Origin: Nitrospinales bacterium
Lineage (GTDB): Bacteria > Nitrospinota > Nitrospinia > Nitrospinales > JAJDAT01
Reading direction: 5' to 3'
Length of the DNA: 16,621 bases
NCBI GenBank assembly: GCA_046757665.1
Contig: JBHHYO010000061.1
Span: 1-16,621, forward strand
The translations under genes were made by a program, and so were the position numbers. The notes below the pieces were generated by a model. It did not search any database, was not told where the DNA came from, and worked only from the letters and a program-made list of their open reading frames with translations. This document shows, one piece after another, positions 14,992-16,621 of this stretch; position 1 is the first letter of the stretch; each line of letters begins with the position of its first letter.

Positions 14992-15999
14992 ATGAAAAAA
15001 ATTCTTTTTAGAGCGGACGCCTCGCCTTCCCTGGGTACGGGCGATTTGATGTGCCTGATTCATTTGTCGAGAAGGTTTCAAAACAATGGGTGGGAAACCC
15101 ACTTCATGACCCACGATTCCGAAGCGGCCAGGAAACTGACTGCCGATTACCGGATAGAGCGTTGTCGGTTTCTTGTCGATGAAATGGGCGTCAAAGACGA
15201 GGTGAACCATATCAACCGTTATTTTGCGGCGAACCACATCACGCATTTTTTTGCCTGCGTCAACCTGTGGTCCCTGGAAAAATATACGGGCCTGGACCCC
15301 GCCGTAGTGAAAGGTTGCATCAACGACGACGGCAAGCTTACCGATGACTGGCGTTTGGTGGTAAACTGGAATTTCCCGGCACCCGGGCTGTATGCAATGG
15401 AAAATTTTCCCAAAACCCGTTTTTTGCTGGGACCGGAATTCGTGATCCTGCCGGATAACTTCGACCGGGAAATTATCAGCAAGCGGACTTTTAACCGGCC
15501 GATTAAAAATCTGCTGATCGCCATGGGCGGAGCCGATGAATACAACCTGACCACCGGGGTGGTGCGAAAAGTTCTGGACGAAAACCTTGATTTGCACCTC
15601 ATCATTATTCTGGGAGCCGGATTCGAGGGACACGATGAATTGAATTCGGTTTTGCAATCCGCCAGCCTTTCGTACGACTGCAAAACGTCTGTTGCCGATA
15701 TGTTTACCGAATACATGAACTGCGACGCGGCGATCGGCACCGGAGGATTAACGTCCTCCGAGTTGGTTGCAACACACACCCCGTCTCTTCTGGTTGCCGC
15801 CTATGAACACCAGGAGGCAAGGTGTCGATATTTTGGTGAACGCGGGGTGGCCGTCTACCTGGGCGACCTCGATGCCTGTAAAAATAAAAGCTTGAAGGAA
15901 GGTTTGGCCAAACTGGAAAATTTCGATGCGGACAATTTCTCCATGCGTTTCCGTGGCGCGGAGGAAATCTATAACTATCTCACCAACACTTCAAACTAA
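14992..15999 (+). CDS. PseG/SpsG-like GT-B fold protein (NDP-sugar hydrolase or glycosyltransferase)
   Basis: N-terminal ILFRADASPSLGTG aligns with the PseG FRxDxxxxIGxG motif; LLGPEFVIL, LLIAMGGAD, CDAAIGTGG.T..E and HQ. Confidence 0.82.
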   Translation: MKKILFRADASPSLGTGDLMCLIHLSRRFQNNGWETHFMTHDSEAARKLTADYRIERCRFLVDEMGVKDEVNHINRYFAANHITHFFACVNLWSLEKYTGLDPAVVKGCINDDGKLTDDWRLVVNWNFPAPGLYAMENFPKTRFLLGPEFVILPDNFDREIISKRTFNRPIKNLLIAMGGADEYNLTTGVVRKVLDENLDLHLIIILGAGFEGHDELNSVLQSASLSYDCKTSVADMFTEYMNCDAAIGTGGLTSSELVATHTPSLLVAAYEHQEARCRYFGERGVAVYLGDLDACKNKSLKEGLAKLENFDADNFSMRFRGAEEIYNYLTNTSN

Positions 16000-16006
16000 A
16001 AGAACC

Positions 16007-16588
16007 ATGCCCAAGGACGAACCATCCAATGACCCTCTGTTCAAGAGTCTGGCGGAGTTGAGGGACAAACTGGACTCGCATTATCTCGACAAGTTTAACC
16101 GGATCGTTCCTCTGACCGAGGCGTTGGGGAACCGGTGGGAAAAAGCCAGGCGGCTGGGGTTTGGGGAGGGAGCCAACATTCACGACCTCAGCTTCATTAT
16201 TGGAGACGTGAGGATCGGCGAGAATACTTATGTCGGCCCCTATACGTTTCTGGACGGCACCGGAGGGTTAACCATAGGAAGCAATTGTTCTATATCCGCA
16301 GGGGTGCAGATTTATTCTCATGACAGTTTGAAGTGGGCTCTTTCCGGAGGCGAATCCGATTATGACAAAACCCCGGTGTCGATAGGTTCGAATTGCTACA
16401 TTGCCCCCTATGTGGTTATCTCCAGAGGCGTGACTCTTGGAGACCACTCGATAGTGGGCACGTATTCGCTGGTCAAATCATCTTTCCCCAGCCACTCGAT
16501 CATTATGGGGACGCCCGCGAAAAGAAAAGGTACGGTGGTGATCAGGGAAAACAACGACATTTTTCTTCAGTACGATGAGGAGCCGTGA
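16007..16588 (+). CDS. Hexapeptide-repeat (left-handed beta-helix) acyltransferase
   Basis: Repeats such as VRIGEN-TYVGPY, LTIGSN-CSISAG, VSIGSN-CYIAPY and VTLGDH; also YSHD and GTPAK. Start placed at ATG 16007, 7 nt after the previous stop. Confidence 0.9.
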   Translation: MPKDEPSNDPLFKSLAELRDKLDSHYLDKFNRIVPLTEALGNRWEKARRLGFGEGANIHDLSFIIGDVRIGENTYVGPYTFLDGTGGLTIGSNCSISAGVQIYSHDSLKWALSGGESDYDKTPVSIGSNCYIAPYVVISRGVTLGDHSIVGTYSLVKSSFPSHSIIMGTPAKRKGTVVIRENNDIFLQYDEEP

Positions 16589-16621
16589 TCGTTTTTTTCA
16601 ATCTGCCCATACTAAAGGAAA

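Noticed and set aside
16585-16621. Possible next CDS starting at GTG overlapping the acyltransferase stop
   Set aside because: Only 12 codons are visible and GAGGAG is just 2 nt from the GTG. The terminal AAAGGAAA could instead be the ribosome-binding site of a gene starting beyond the window.
1-16621. CRISPR array, tRNA/rRNA, integrase or transposase genes
   Set aside because: No regularly spaced repeats, cloverleaf or recombinase/transposase motifs were seen.

Overview
Bacterial chromosomal segment in three blocks. (1) + strand: the 3' end of an unknown gene, then radA and ispD joined by an ATGA overlap. A ~255-bp non-coding element follows immediately. It looks like a MITE, with imperfect terminal inverted repeats and a TTAG target duplication that includes the ispD stop, and it encloses a 10-bp direct repeat and a CGTC-type palindrome. 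(2) - strand: a 93-aa hypothetical protein, a Maf/YhdE pyrophosphatase, then a translationally coupled trio (73-aa putative Zn-ribbon protein, exported non-catalytic FGE/SUMF1-domain protein, Atg22/UMF1-like MFS transporter), then a SurA/PpiC-like foldase. (3) + strand from ~7.1 kb: the start of a surface-glycan cluster for a nonulosonic acid. It encodes a Wzx-like flippase, a NeuB-family synthase, a DegT-family aminotransferase, a radical SAM enzyme with a twitch/SPASM domain, an NDP-sugar dehydrogenase homologue lacking its usual catalytic Cys/Lys, an AsnB-type amidotransferase, a PseG/SpsG-like protein with Asp in place of the catalytic His, and a hexapeptide acyltransferase. The cluster probably continues past the window end. 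The most novel-looking aspect is this set of tailoring enzymes, which does not match the canonical Neu, Pse or Leg pathways. All assignments come from recognising motifs by eye; no searches were run.
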